Assembly (NCBI RefSeq): GCF_030159095.1
Contig: NZ_BRXS01000004.1
Location: 179,673-243,672, forward strand
Reading direction: 5' to 3'
DNA: 64,000 bases
DNA from: Roseisolibacter agri
GTDB lineage: Bacteria; Gemmatimonadota; Gemmatimonadetes; Gemmatimonadales; Gemmatimonadaceae
Shown: positions 41,598-61,530 of the stretch, piece after piece
Numbering within the stretch: the first letter of the stretch is position 1
How the letters are laid out: each line of letters starts with the position of its first letter
The notes under the pieces: generated by a model
Database searches by the model: none
Seen by the model: the letters and a program-made list of their open reading frames with translations, nothing else
Told to the model about the DNA's origin: nothing
Position numbers and translations under genes: made by a program

Positions 41598-43706
41598 TCA
41601 CGCGGCGGCGCTCCTGGGCGTCGCGGCGTCGCGCGACGTCTCGCGGCGCAGTCGCCCGTCGGCGACCCACGCTTCGACGAGCGCGGGCGACATCGTCGCC
41701 GAGGCCGGCGGCTCTCCCGCGCCGGCGACGTGGCCGACCCATGCGTCGCGCCCCAGCTGCTTGGCGGCGTACGTGCCGTGGTCCGCGAGCGCGACCAGCG
41801 ACTCCCAGCTCCACGGCCGGCCGTCGCCGGGCGCCGCCGCCAGCGCGAAGCCGAGCGAGCACGTCACGGACAGCGCGCGCCCGTCGTCGAGGCGCGTGAC
41901 GTGCGCCGCGACCGCGGCGCGGATCCGATCGGCCAGCTCGCGCACCTCCGCGCTGGTGCTGCAGCGGGCCACGACGAGGAACTCCTCGCCGCCCCAGCGC
42001 ACGACGACGTCCGAGGGTCCGCAGGTGCGCTCCAGCAGCCGCGCGAGGTCGGTCAGCAGGCGATCGCCGGCCGCGTGGCCGTAGTCGTCGTTGACGCACT
42101 TGAAGTGGTCGACGTCCAGCAGCAGGAACCCCGGCCCGCTCCCGCCCGCGCCGGTCGGCCGGCGGCGATCGCCGAGCTGCAGCACGCGATCGTCCTCCAT
42201 CGTGCGCGCGACGATCTCGCGGACGTAGCGGCGGTTCCGCGCGCCCGTCAGCGGATCGGTGAGGCTGAGCGCTTCGGCGCGCCGCGCGTCGCGCACGCGG
42301 CGGCGATAGGCGGCCGCCCCGGCGATGCCCGCCAGTAGCGCCACGCCCGCGATCGCGTTGCGCTGCGTCGCGCGCTGTCGCGCCTGGAGCGCGCTCATCG
42401 CCTGCGCGCTCCACAGCCGCTCGATCTCGCGCTCGCGGCGCTCGGCGGCCCGGCGCTCCTCGAGTCCCGCGATGCGCCGCGATGTCGTCTCGTCGAAGAT
42501 CGAATCGCTCTCGGCCTTGAACTGTCGGTACGACGCCAGCGCGTCGGCCGGGCGCCCGTCGGCCTCCTGCGCGCCCGCGATCGCCTCCCACGAGCGCCGC
42601 ACCAGCTCGCGCGCGCCCATCGCGCTGGCGACGGCCAGCGCGCCGCGCGCCGCCGACTCGGCCGCCGCGGGACGGCCGCGTGCCCGCTCGACCGCCGCCT
42701 GCGCGAGCAGGTTGCGGACGGTCAGGCCCCGGTTGCCGGTCCCGGCGCCGAACTGCATCGCGGTCGCCAGCTCGCGCTGCGCTGCTTCGGGGCGGCCCAT
42801 GGCCAGCTGCGCGAGCGCGAGGTTGCGGTGCGCCAGCGAGAGCGACCAGCGGTCGCCGACGCGCTCCCGGATCGCCAGCGAGGCGCGGTGCCGCTCGAGC
42901 GCACCCGCGGCGTCGCCCTGCGCCAGCAGCTCGTCACCCATGTTGCTGAGCGTGGAGGCGGCACGCGCGTCCGCCCCCACGCGCCTGTACTGCGCGAGCG
43001 CGCGCTCGAACAGCTGCATCGCGCGCGCGCCCTGCCGCAGCCTCCCGTAGATGACGCCGAGGCTGTTGAGCGTGGACGCCAGCGCCTCGGCGTCGCTGCC
43101 GATGCGCTCGTGGATCTCCAGCGACTCCAGCTGGTAGGCGAGCGCCCGATCGTACTCGGCGAAGTCCGTCGCGTAGACGAAGCCGAGGAGGTTGAGCGTG
43201 AAGGCGACCGCGCTGTCGCGGCGCAGCGCACGCTGTCGGGCGAGCGCGTCCTCCAGCAGCGCCGCGGCGCGCCCCGGGTCGCCCCGCCGCTGCGCGAGCG
43301 CGCCCTCCCGCGTGAGCATGGTGGCGAGCCCGGCGCGATCGCCTGTCCGCTCGGCCTCCTGCCGACCCGCGGCCACGGCGGCCGCCGCGCTGTCGTAGCG
43401 CCCCATGGCCGTGTACGCGGCCGCCAGCGCCGCGTGCCCCGCGACGCGGGCCGGTGCCTCTGTGGGCGGCCGGCGCAGCGCGGCGCTCGCCAGCTCGACC
43501 GCGCGGGCGGGGTGCTCCAGCTGCGCCAGCGTCGCCTCGCGCACCAGCGTCGCCGCGTCGGCGTCCCGTGCCGGGGGCTGCGCCGCGAGCCGGCCGGAGG
43601 CGGCGATCGCCAGCAGCAGACCCGCGAGCATGCGAGTCAGGCCGGTGCAGGGAAGTCGGCGGTCCCGCGCCCTGGGCGCGGCGGGCGTACGACGGGGGAA
43701 CGACAT
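41598..43706 (-). CDS. TPR-repeat sensor diguanylate cyclase (GGDEF)
   Basis: Signal/TM, about 10 TPR-like repeats (LNLLGFVYA...LNSLGVIYG...), TM, then GGDEF domain (LTGARNRRY..LLLDVDHFKCVNDDYGHAAGDRLL..RWGGEEFLVV). Start at 43706 (MSFPRR) or 43631 (MLAGLL). Confidence 0.9.
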   Translation of the reverse strand: MSFPRRTPAAPRARDRRLPCTGLTRMLAGLLLAIAASGRLAAQPPARDADAATLVREATLAQLEHPARAVELASAALRRPPTEAPARVAGHAALAAAYTAMGRYDSAAAAVAAGRQEAERTGDRAGLATMLTREGALAQRRGDPGRAAALLEDALARQRALRRDSAVAFTLNLLGFVYATDFAEYDRALAYQLESLEIHERIGSDAEALASTLNSLGVIYGRLRQGARAMQLFERALAQYRRVGADARAASTLSNMGDELLAQGDAAGALERHRASLAIRERVGDRWSLSLAHRNLALAQLAMGRPEAAQRELATAMQFGAGTGNRGLTVRNLLAQAAVERARGRPAAAESAARGALAVASAMGARELVRRSWEAIAGAQEADGRPADALASYRQFKAESDSIFDETTSRRIAGLEERRAAERREREIERLWSAQAMSALQARQRATQRNAIAGVALLAGIAGAAAYRRRVRDARRAEALSLTDPLTGARNRRYVREIVARTMEDDRVLQLGDRRRPTGAGGSGPGFLLLDVDHFKCVNDDYGHAAGDRLLTDLARLLERTCGPSDVVVRWGGEEFLVVARCSTSAEVRELADRIRAAVAAHVTRLDDGRALSVTCSLGFALAAAPGDGRPWSWESLVALADHGTYAAKQLGRDAWVGHVAGAGEPPASATMSPALVEAWVADGRLRRETSRDAATPRSAAA

Positions 43707-43926
43707 GCGGAGGGGGCTGCGGGAGGCTGCACCGCCTAGACGACGCAGTTCGGCGCAGGTCAATCGATGCGCGGCCTCGGAGCGCGGCCGACGAGGGCGC
43801 GCCGGGCAGGGTCGCCATGACTCAACCGTCGGTGGGGCGCGGGCTTGCATCCCCCCAGAGCCGCCGCTAGGTTGGTGGTCTGCCCGCGCCAGCCTGCCTT
43901 GGTGTCGCGGGCGTCTGTCAGGGCCC

Positions 43927-43999
43927 GCTCGCGTAGCTCAGTTGGTAGAGCACATCCTTGGTAAGGATGAGGTCACCGGTTCAATCCCGGTCGCGAGCT
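43927..43999 (+). tRNA. tRNA-Thr (anticodon GGT)
   Basis: Acceptor gctcgcg/cgcgagc, anticodon loop ttggtaa, T loop ttcaatc. Confidence 0.85.
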
Positions 44000-44240
44000 C
44001 TTCGACGCGCCGTCCGCGCAGTTGCAGAACGCGTCCCGTCGGTGGGACGGCGGCAGCTCCGTCGACCCGCACCGCCCGCCGGCCTCGCGCCGGGCCGCGG
44101 TGACGGACAACTCCACGTGCAGCGCCCGGTGACACGACGGCGCGCCGCGCGATCTGCGGGACGACGGTGCCCCGGGCAGCAGTGTGCCCGCGGGCGCCGC
44201 CAGTGCTGACCAACCCTCTCAGCTTTCGAACGGGCATCTC

Positions 44241-45434
<1,194 letters not shown>

Positions 45435-45453
45435 CTTCAGCGCGCAGCGATGA

Positions 45454-45496
45454 GCGCGGAGCGTCGGGCTGCAGGTCGGCCGCCGACGCTCCGCGC
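45454..45496 (+). terminator. 14-bp-stem hairpin after tuf (terminator/attenuator)
   Basis: gcgcggagcgtcgg...ccgacgctccgcgc. Confidence 0.45.
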
Positions 45497-45575
45497 ATCA
45501 CATCGGAGCTCCGCGCCGCTACGACTCGCAGGCGCGACTCCGCGCTCCTCGCTTCACGCTTTCCCGTAGAGCACC

Positions 45576-45737
45576 ATGCCGCGCGACAAGATCATCCTCG
45601 GCTGCACCGAGTGTAAGAGCCGGAACTACTTCACCACGAAGAACAAGCGCCTCCACCCGGAGCGCGTCGAGTGGAAGAAGTACTGCCCGCGCTGCAACAA
45701 GCATCAGCTCCACAAGGAAACGAAGTGACCATGGCGA
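45576..45737 (+). CDS. rpmG: 50S ribosomal protein L33
   Basis: [50 protein letters not shown]; 53 aa, below the ORF-track length cutoff. Confidence 0.9.
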
Positions 45738-45739
45738 CT

Positions 45740-45961
45740 CCCGTCGCCCCTCAGCCTTCGTTTCCGGCCAAGGTCACGCGGTTCTACCACGACGTGACGG
45801 CGGAGATGAAGCGGGTCACGTGGCCCGACCGCGCGCAGCTCCAGGACGCGACGATCAAGATCATCGTCTTCGTCCTGGCGCTCGGCGCGGTGATCGCGCT
45901 GCTCGACCTCGCCCTGCAGTTCGTCCTGGTGCAGCTCCCCGCGCTGCTGCTCGGGCGCTGA
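45740..45961 (+). CDS. secE: preprotein translocase subunit SecE
   Basis: 73 aa, ...EMKRVTWPDRAQLQDATIKIIVFVLALGAVIALLDLALQFVL. Confidence 0.85.
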   Translation, partial: PVAPQPSFPAKVTRFYHDVTAEMKRVTWPDRAQLQDATIKIIVFVLALGAVIALLDLALQFVLVQLPALLLGR

Positions 45962-45986
45962 CCGAACCATCGGAGAGCGCAATACC

Positions 45987-46526
45987 GTGGAGCACCGCTG
46001 GTACGCCATCCAGACGACGTCCGGGCACGAGAACAAGGTCCGCAATCTCATCCAGCGGAAGATCGACGCCGACGGCAAGGCCCCCGAAGAGCGGGCCATC
46101 CGCCAGGCGCTCGTCCCGACGCAGGAAGTGGTCGAGCTGAAGAACGGGAAGAAGGTCGCCGTCGAGCGGAAGATCTATCCCGGATACGTGCTCGTGGAGA
46201 TGGTGATGAACCAGGACACCATCCACGTCATCAACGGCATCCAGGGCGTGATCAAGTTCGTCGGGCACGAGCGCTTCCCGATGCCGCTGCGCCCCGACGA
46301 GGTCAATCGCCTCCTCGGCGTCGCCGAGGAGGCGGAGCAGGCGCCGAAGGAGGAGATCCCGTTCCTCGTCGGCCAGGCGGTCCAGATCACCGAGGGGCCC
46401 TTCACCGACTTCAACGGCACGGTGGAGGAGGTCATCGCCGACAAGGGCAAGGTGCGCGTGAGCGTGTCGCTCTTCGGCCGCCCGACCTCGGTGGAGCTCG
46501 ACTACCTGCAGCTCAAGGGGTACTGA
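45987..46526 (+). CDS. nusG: transcription termination/antitermination factor NusG
   Basis: GTG start, [14 protein letters not shown]..., KOW motif [21 protein letters not shown]. Confidence 0.95.
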   Translation: MEHRWYAIQTTSGHENKVRNLIQRKIDADGKAPEERAIRQALVPTQEVVELKNGKKVAVERKIYPGYVLVEMVMNQDTIHVINGIQGVIKFVGHERFPMPLRPDEVNRLLGVAEEAEQAPKEEIPFLVGQAVQITEGPFTDFNGTVEEVIADKGKVRVSVSLFGRPTSVELDYLQLKGY

Positions 46527-46530
46527 AAAA

Positions 46531-46580
46531 GTCTGCGGACAGCGGGCGGCGGATTCACCGCACGGCCCGAAGTCCGCAGT
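46531..46580. repeat. heptamer-repeat hairpin (same GTCCGCAG family as the 9905-10182 element) in nusG-rplK spacer
   Basis: gtctgcggac...agtccgcagtccgcag, 4 nt after the nusG stop. Confidence 0.55.
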
Positions 46581-46690
46581 CCGCAGCGATCCGCGAGGAT
46601 CGCCCGATATCGTCGCCGACCGCTGCGACGCGAAACAATCAGCGGGAGTGACGGGGGCGCGACGGTTCCCCCACCACGACAGGAGAGTGC

Positions 46691-47113
46691 ATGGCCAAAA
46701 AGGTAACCGGGTTCGTCAAGCTCCAGATCCCGGCCGGGAAGGCGACGCCTGCCCCGCCGGTCGGTACGGCGCTCGGCCCCCAGGGGATCAACATCATGGC
46801 CTTCGTCAAGGAGTTCAACGCCAGGACGCAGGGCCAGGACACGATCCTTCCGGTCGAAGTCACGATCTACGCGGACAAGTCCTTCACCTTCATCCTCAAG
46901 ACGCCGCCGACGGCGGAGCTCATCAAGAAAGAGCTCGGTCTCGCCAGCGGCTCGGGGACGCCGAACAAGACCAAGGTCGGGGCGGTGACGAAGGCGCAGG
47001 TTCGGAAGATCGCGGAGATCAAGATGCCCGACCTCAACTGCGACAGCATCGAGAGCGCGATGGCCATGGTGGCCGGCGCCGCTCGTTCGATGGGTGTGAC
47101 GGTGAGCGACTGA
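46691..47113 (+). CDS. rplK: 50S ribosomal protein L11
   Basis: [43 protein letters not shown]... Confidence 0.97.
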   Translation: MAKKVTGFVKLQIPAGKATPAPPVGTALGPQGINIMAFVKEFNARTQGQDTILPVEVTIYADKSFTFILKTPPTAELIKKELGLASGSGTPNKTKVGAVTKAQVRKIAEIKMPDLNCDSIESAMAMVAGAARSMGVTVSD

Positions 47114-47802
47114 TGCGCACGCACGGGAAGAAGTATCGCGCGGCCGCGCAGAAGCTCGACCAGACGACCGCCCAGCCGGCGCGTCAGGCGATCGAGGCGG
47201 TCAAGGGCGCCGCGTTCGCCAAGTTCGATGAGACGGTCGAGGTGGCGGTCCGCCTCGGCGTCGACCCGCGTCACGCCGACCAGGTCGTCCGCGGCACCGT
47301 GGTGCTGCCGGCCGGCACGGGCAAGAGCGTCCGCGTGCTCGTGATCGCCCAGGGCCCCAAGGTCGCCGAGGCCGAGCAGGCCGGGGCGGACTTCGTGGGC
47401 GTCGAGTACGTCCAGCGCATCAAGGACGGCTTCCTCGACTTCGACGTGATGATCGCCACCCCGGATCTCATGGGGCAGGTCGGTCAGCTCGGGCGCGTGC
47501 TCGGCCCCCGCGGCCTGATGCCGAACCCGAAGGCCGGCACGGTGACGTTCGACGTCGGCCGCGCGGTCCGCGAGGTCAAGGCCGGTAAGATCGAGTTCCG
47601 CGTCGACAAGGGCGGCAACGTGCACGCCCCGATCGGCAAGGTCTCGTTCGCCGCCGACGCGCTGGAGTCGAACTTCGCGGCGCTGATGGATCAGATCGTC
47701 CGCTCGAAGCCGTCGGCCTCGAAGGGCGTGTACGTGCGGAACGTCGCGATCTCGAGCTCCATGGGGCCCGGGGTCACCGTCGACACCACGCCCTACCGGT
47801 AA
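47113..47802 (+). CDS. rplA: 50S ribosomal protein L1
   Basis: ATG at 47113 (ATGA overlap with rplK). ...[30 protein letters not shown]... Confidence 0.95.
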   Translation: MRTHGKKYRAAAQKLDQTTAQPARQAIEAVKGAAFAKFDETVEVAVRLGVDPRHADQVVRGTVVLPAGTGKSVRVLVIAQGPKVAEAEQAGADFVGVEYVQRIKDGFLDFDVMIATPDLMGQVGQLGRVLGPRGLMPNPKAGTVTFDVGRAVREVKAGKIEFRVDKGGNVHAPIGKVSFAADALESNFAALMDQIVRSKPSASKGVYVRNVAISSSMGPGVTVDTTPYR

Positions 47803-47814
47803 GGGGTCGCCGAG

Positions 47815-48333
47815 ATGAAGCGTACCGAGAAGGAGCAGCTCGTCACCGAGCTGACCGACAAGATCAAGGGCGCGCAGGCGCTCTACTACACCGACTTCAC
47901 GGGCCTCAACGTGAAGCGGATGACCGAGCTGCGCCGCCAGCTCCGTCGTGCGGGCGTGGAGTACGTGGTCATCAAGAACACGCTCGCCCTCCGCGCGGTG
48001 AACGAGAGCGGCCTGGTCGCCGATCGCCTCAAGGGGCCGACGGGGATCGTGGTCGCCGCGGACGCCCTCGCGGGCGCCAAGGTGCTGTCCGACTTCGCGA
48101 AGGCGAACGACCAGAAGCCCGCCATCAAGGGTGGGATGTTCGACGGTCGCCAGATCGATGCGGATCAGGTCAAGGCGCTGGCCAACATGCCCTCGCGCGA
48201 GCAGATGCTCGCCGAGCTCGGCGCGGGCCTCATGGCGCCGCTCGCCCAGATGGCGGGCGTCATGAACGGCATGCTCACGATGATGGTCGGCGCGCTCGAG
48301 GCCCTGCGGGTCCAGAAGGAAGGCGCGCAGTAA
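47815..48333 (+). CDS. rplJ: 50S ribosomal protein L10
   Basis: 172 aa, conserved position between rplA and rplL. Confidence 0.93.
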   Translation: MKRTEKEQLVTELTDKIKGAQALYYTDFTGLNVKRMTELRRQLRRAGVEYVVIKNTLALRAVNESGLVADRLKGPTGIVVAADALAGAKVLSDFAKANDQKPAIKGGMFDGRQIDADQVKALANMPSREQMLAELGAGLMAPLAQMAGVMNGMLTMMVGALEALRVQKEGAQ

Positions 48334-48407
48334 CCCCAGGCGGTTAGCCTGTTCAACCTGCCCCAGCGGTTCAGCCGCCTGGGTTTCCTACGGAGAATCA
48401 CGGTACC

Positions 48408-48794
48408 ATGGCTATGAGCAACGACGAGATCCTCGACGCGATCGGCAACAAGACGGTCTTCGAGCTGGCCGAGCTGATCGAGGCGTTCAAGACCAAGTTC
48501 AACGTCACGATCGCGGCCGCCCCGGTGGGCGGTGGCGCCCCGGCGGGCGGCGCGGCGGCTCCGGCGGCTGCGGCCGAGGAGAAGACCGAGTTCGACGTCA
48601 TGCTGAAGGACGCCGGCGCGAAGAAGATCCAGGTCATCAAGGTCGTGCGCGAGATCACCGGTCTCGGCCTCAAGGAGGCGAAGGACCTGGTGGACGGCGC
48701 GCCGAGCGCGGTCAAGTCGGGCGTCTCGAAGGACGAGGCGAACACGATCAAGACCAAGCTCGAGGCCGAGGGCGCCGCGGTCGAGGTGAAGTAA
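48408..48794 (+). CDS. rplL: 50S ribosomal protein L7/L12
   Basis: [33 protein letters not shown]..., Ala/Gly/Pro hinge, ...[22 protein letters not shown]... Confidence 0.97.
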   Translation: MAMSNDEILDAIGNKTVFELAELIEAFKTKFNVTIAAAPVGGGAPAGGAAAPAAAAEEKTEFDVMLKDAGAKKIQVIKVVREITGLGLKEAKDLVDGAPSAVKSGVSKDEANTIKTKLEAEGAAVEVK

Positions 48795-49002
48795 GGTCCG
48801 GGCGGGGCGGTGGCCGGATGCGTCCGGCCATCGCCTTCGCCGCGGCCCTCACTTCCACCTCGGCGCGCCTGTGAGTACAGTACGTCTACACAACAACTGA
48901 GCAGCTCCATCGCTCCGCCCCGCCCCGCAGCATTTTTGCGCGGGAGCCGGGGGCGGGGCTGTTTTCGCCTGTTCGCGGGTGATCCCCCTCTGCGGGTGAG
49001 TC

Positions 49003-53739
<4,737 letters not shown>

Positions 53740-53742
53740 TCC

Positions 53743-58044
<4,302 letters not shown>

Positions 58045-58073
58045 GCACCGCCTGCGGCTCTGATCGCGGGAGA

Positions 58074-58114
58074 CACGAGGGGCCGGCGAGACGATGTCTC
58101 GCCGGCCCCTCGTG
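58074..58114 (+). terminator. rpoC terminator hairpin (19-bp perfect stem, 3-nt loop)
   Basis: cacgaggggccggcgagac-gat-gtctcgccggcccctcgtg. Confidence 0.55.
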
Positions 58115-58150
58115 CGTCCGGTCGTGCGTCCGGTCGTGCGTCCGGTCGTG
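58115..58150. repeat. 12-bp tandem repeat x3 (cgtccggtcgtg)
   Basis: Immediately 3' of the rpoC terminator; unit partially seeded by the terminator's descending arm. Confidence 0.6.
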
Positions 58151-58496
58151 CGTTGCGCGCGTGTGACACATGTCTCACGACGGCCCGACGTTTGCTGCTG
58201 TGTCGGCCGACCCGCGGCACAGGGCGGATCGAGGATTGAGGCAGCAGGTGTTGCAGCAACGCCACGGAAGTTGGCGCGACGGCGCTGCACTCCGGCCTCG
58301 ATCGAGGCGCGATCGCGTCACGCAGCGGGCGGCACGGGAACGGCGGTTTGGTCGCTAACTCGATGTCTGGTTGCGAGTTAGGACCTACCGATGACACGCG
58401 TCTCACGGCTGTGGTCGCGTGTCTTGCAATAGGAGTTTTGCACGGCGTAAGTTGGTCGCGCGTTGGGGGAAACCTGAAACCAAGGACGAGGGAGAC

Positions 58497-59159
58497 ATGA
58501 AGAACATGGTGCGAAAGATCGCTTCGGCGCTGGGCGTCGTTGCGATGAGCGCGTCGATGGCCGGCGCGCAGGTTGGTAGCATCGCGGCCACCTGCGGCGT
58601 CGCCACGATCGCCGACACGGACGTGTGCTACAGCACGCAGTTCAGCTTCGACGGCGTCACGTTCAGCAACGAGGTGTTCAAGGTCTTCTCGAACGCGACG
58701 GCGTCGTACGAGCTGCGCTTCGCGGGTCAGCCGACGACGACCGTCTCGGGCGTGCCGTTCTCGTTCATCGACTACGGCACCGTGACGGCGAGCGGCACGA
58801 GCAGCGCCAGCCTGAATCTGTCGGGCCAGCAGGTCTGGATGCGCATCATCCAGTCGTCGCCGACCACGGGCACGGGCGACGTCGGTGGTCTGTTCGGCGG
58901 CACGATCAGCGGCACGGCGTCGCAGGCGTTCATCAACTGGAACAACCCGGACCGCTTCGAGGTCATCGGCCCGGTGACGTACGAGGTCGAGCGCTTCGGC
59001 CAGGGCTTCACGTCGATCAACGCGCCGTCGACCGGCGCGCAGACGATCCGCGGCGCGGTCGTCAACAGCGTCGTCCCGGAGCCGTCGACCTACATGCTGC
59101 TCGCCACGGGCATGGGCGCGCTGGGCCTCGTCGCCCGTCGCCGCCGCACCAACGTCTGA
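58497..59159 (+). CDS. PEP-CTERM protein inserted between rpoC and rpsL
   Basis: RBS aggacgagggag. [25 protein letters not shown] signal. C-terminus [28 protein letters not shown]. Relatively AT-richer upstream region 58340-58490. Confidence 0.75.
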   Translation: MKNMVRKIASALGVVAMSASMAGAQVGSIAATCGVATIADTDVCYSTQFSFDGVTFSNEVFKVFSNATASYELRFAGQPTTTVSGVPFSFIDYGTVTASGTSSASLNLSGQQVWMRIIQSSPTTGTGDVGGLFGGTISGTASQAFINWNNPDRFEVIGPVTYEVERFGQGFTSINAPSTGAQTIRGAVVNSVVPEPSTYMLLATGMGALGLVARRRRTNV

Positions 59160-59222
59160 GCGACCGGACGCTGATCGACGCCTGACGCGCGGCACGCCGC
59201 GCTGCAGGAGGCAGGAAAGGGC

Positions 59223-59248
59223 GGGGCGGCACCTCCGGGTGCCGCCCC
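59223..59248 (+). terminator. hairpin after PEP-CTERM gene
   Basis: ggggcggcacc-tccg-ggtgccgcccc. Confidence 0.45.
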
Positions 59249-59437
59249 CTCGTGCGTTCTGGTCCCCCCGACCGCTGCCCCCGCAGGCGGCCCCGCCGGG
59301 CAAGTCCTCACATCCATCGGCGGCACCGGCATTTACGGGACGGGGCCCGGTTGACCGGCCCTTCCGGATGGGCTACCTTCATCGGTCTGAGGCGCCCCAG
59401 CTCTGGGGGCGTCAGAATCCGTTGTCGATCCATCTCC

Positions 59438-59847
<410 letters not shown>

Positions 59848-59851
<4 letters not shown>

Positions 59852-60318
59852 GCCGCCGCAAGAGCGCCGTGAAGCGTCCCGTCCTGGCGGACGCCCGGTA
59901 CGACAGCCAGACCGTCTCGAAGTTCATCAACTCCCTGATGTACCAGGGGAAGAAGTCCACCGCCGAGCGCATCTTCTACGGCGCGATGGACCTCGTCGAG
60001 GCGCGCACCAGCCAGCCCGGCGTGAACGTCTTCAAGCAGGCGCTCGCCAACCTCAAGCCGGTGGTCGAGGTCAAGAGCCGCCGCGTCGGCGGCGCGACCT
60101 ACCAGGTCCCCGTCGAGGTGCGCCCGGAGCGCCGCAACGCGCTCGCGATGCGCTGGCTGATCTCCTACTCGCGCGACCGCAACGAGAAGTCGATGCCCGA
60201 GAAGCTGGCGGCCGAGGTGATCGCGGCCTCGCGCGGCGAGGGCAACGCGGTCAAGAAGAAGGAGGACACGCACCGCATGGCCGAGGCGAACAAGGCCTTC
60301 GCGCACTACCGCTGGTGA
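59848..60318 (+). CDS. rpsG: 30S ribosomal protein S7
   Basis: GTG at 59848 overlapping the rpsL stop, RBS aagggaggga. [48 protein letters not shown]... The table ORF 59239..60318 is the same frame over-extended upstream. Confidence 0.93.
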
Positions 60319-60360
60319 GCCGACGGCGCGTCGCGCCGTCTCGCACCACGCAGCAGACAC

Positions 60361-60391
60361 GAACGGGCGCCCGCATCGCGGGCGCCCGTTC
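60361..60391. terminator. hairpin between convergent rpsG and the EPS-like locus
   Basis: gaacgggcgcccgc-atc-gcgggcgcccgttc. Confidence 0.5.
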
Positions 60392-60426
60392 GGCGTTCCG
60401 GATCTGACGGCCCTCGAGAGGTCGTC

Positions 60427-61530
60427 TCAGGCCGCGGTCTGGCGCCGCGTCGCCGCACGCGTCCCGGGGGCCTCCACCGCGCCGTCCGCCGTGTTGATGG
60501 CGCCGTGCACGGTGACGCCCGGTGCGAGCCGCACGCGCGGCGCCGCGATGGTCGCCGGCCGGTCGGGGCAGCCCACCTGCACGCGTGCCGCCAGCTCCAC
60601 CGCACCCTCCGCGATCACCACGCCCAGCAGCCGCGCGCCGGCGTCCACGTGCACCTCGCGCTGCGCGACCACCGCGCCGTCCACCACGACGTCGCGCCCG
60701 ACCGTCACCGAGCCGTGCGCCTTCACCGCGCCCTGCACGCGGCTGCCCGCCTCCAGACGGAGGTCGCCGCGGACGATCAGGTTCGCGCGCACCAGGGAAC
60801 AGGGCGGCACGACGAGCGAGCCATCCACGCGCAGGTAGCCGTCGCCCAGGCGCGTTGCACCCGTCGGCACGAAGGGCGTGAGCGCCGTGTGCTCCTCCGC
60901 CGGCAGCGGCGGCAACGGCTCCAGGCCCGAAGCACCCTCCGAGGCGATGCGCGGCGCACGTAGGCGCGCGAAGCGCACACCCGGGCGGAGCTCGATCGCC
61001 TCGTGCGACGTCGCCCGACCATGCAGCGTCGCGTCCACACCCGCACGCAACACTCCCTCGGCGTGCACCCACCGCAGCACGTCCGAGCCGTCTCCGAGCT
61101 CGCACGCACCGTCGGCGAGCAGCGCGCGCACGACCGTCCGCGCGCCGCAGGTCAGGTCGCCGCGCGCGAACAGCTCCATCGTGTACACGCCGTCGGACGG
61201 CAGCCACGTGTCCGGATCCGCCAGCACGACCGCGTCGACGCGCGCGGCCGCCGACCCGTGCTCGGCGAGCGGCATCCGCACCCACGACGTGCCGTCGGCG
61301 AAGCGCCCCGTGGCCGCGGTCGACGCGTCGGCGGAGCGCGCGAGCTGCTCCTGCAGGTAGCCGCGGAACCGGTCAGCGAAGTAGGTCAGCTCTCCCGCAT
61401 CCTGGCCGACCATCGCCAGCGGCGTCGCGTCGGTGGGGCGCAGCAGCTCCAGCAGCGCCGGGATGAGCGGCAGCAGCATCCACGCGACGAATGCGAGCAG
61501 CAGCAGGGCGGCGGCCAGTCCCTCGCTCAC
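60427..61530 (-). CDS. membrane-anchored bactofilin-like (beta-helical polymer-forming) protein
   Basis: 3' part of table ORF 60427..62610, from GTG at 61530 (GTGA overlap with upstream GT2 stop): VSEGLAAALLLLAFVAWMLLPLIPALLELL (TM). C-terminus ...LVRANLIVRGDLRLEAGSRVQGAVKAHGSVTVGRDVVVDGAVVAQREVHVDAGARLLGVVIAEGAVELAARVQVG... with short repeats rich in G/V/D/A, like bactofilin beta-helix turns. Confidence 0.45.
   Translation of the reverse strand: MSEGLAAALLLLAFVAWMLLPLIPALLELLRPTDATPLAMVGQDAGELTYFADRFRGYLQEQLARSADASTAATGRFADGTSWVRMPLAEHGSAAARVDAVVLADPDTWLPSDGVYTMELFARGDLTCGARTVVRALLADGACELGDGSDVLRWVHAEGVLRAGVDATLHGRATSHEAIELRPGVRFARLRAPRIASEGASGLEPLPPLPAEEHTALTPFVPTGATRLGDGYLRVDGSLVVPPCSLVRANLIVRGDLRLEAGSRVQGAVKAHGSVTVGRDVVVDGAVVAQREVHVDAGARLLGVVIAEGAVELAARVQVGCPDRPATIAAPRVRLAPGVTVHGAINTADGAVEAPGTRAATRRQTAA

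Noticed and set aside
45438-45575. Possible tRNA-Trp between tuf and rpmG (present in many bacteria)
   Set aside because: No cloverleaf could be built; the spacer contains only a 14-bp-stem hairpin.
58094-58381. Small ORFs 58094..58381 and 58170..58358
   Set aside because: The first is generated by the 12-bp tandem repeat (VRPVVRPVVRP). Both lie in the rpoC terminator/promoter spacer.
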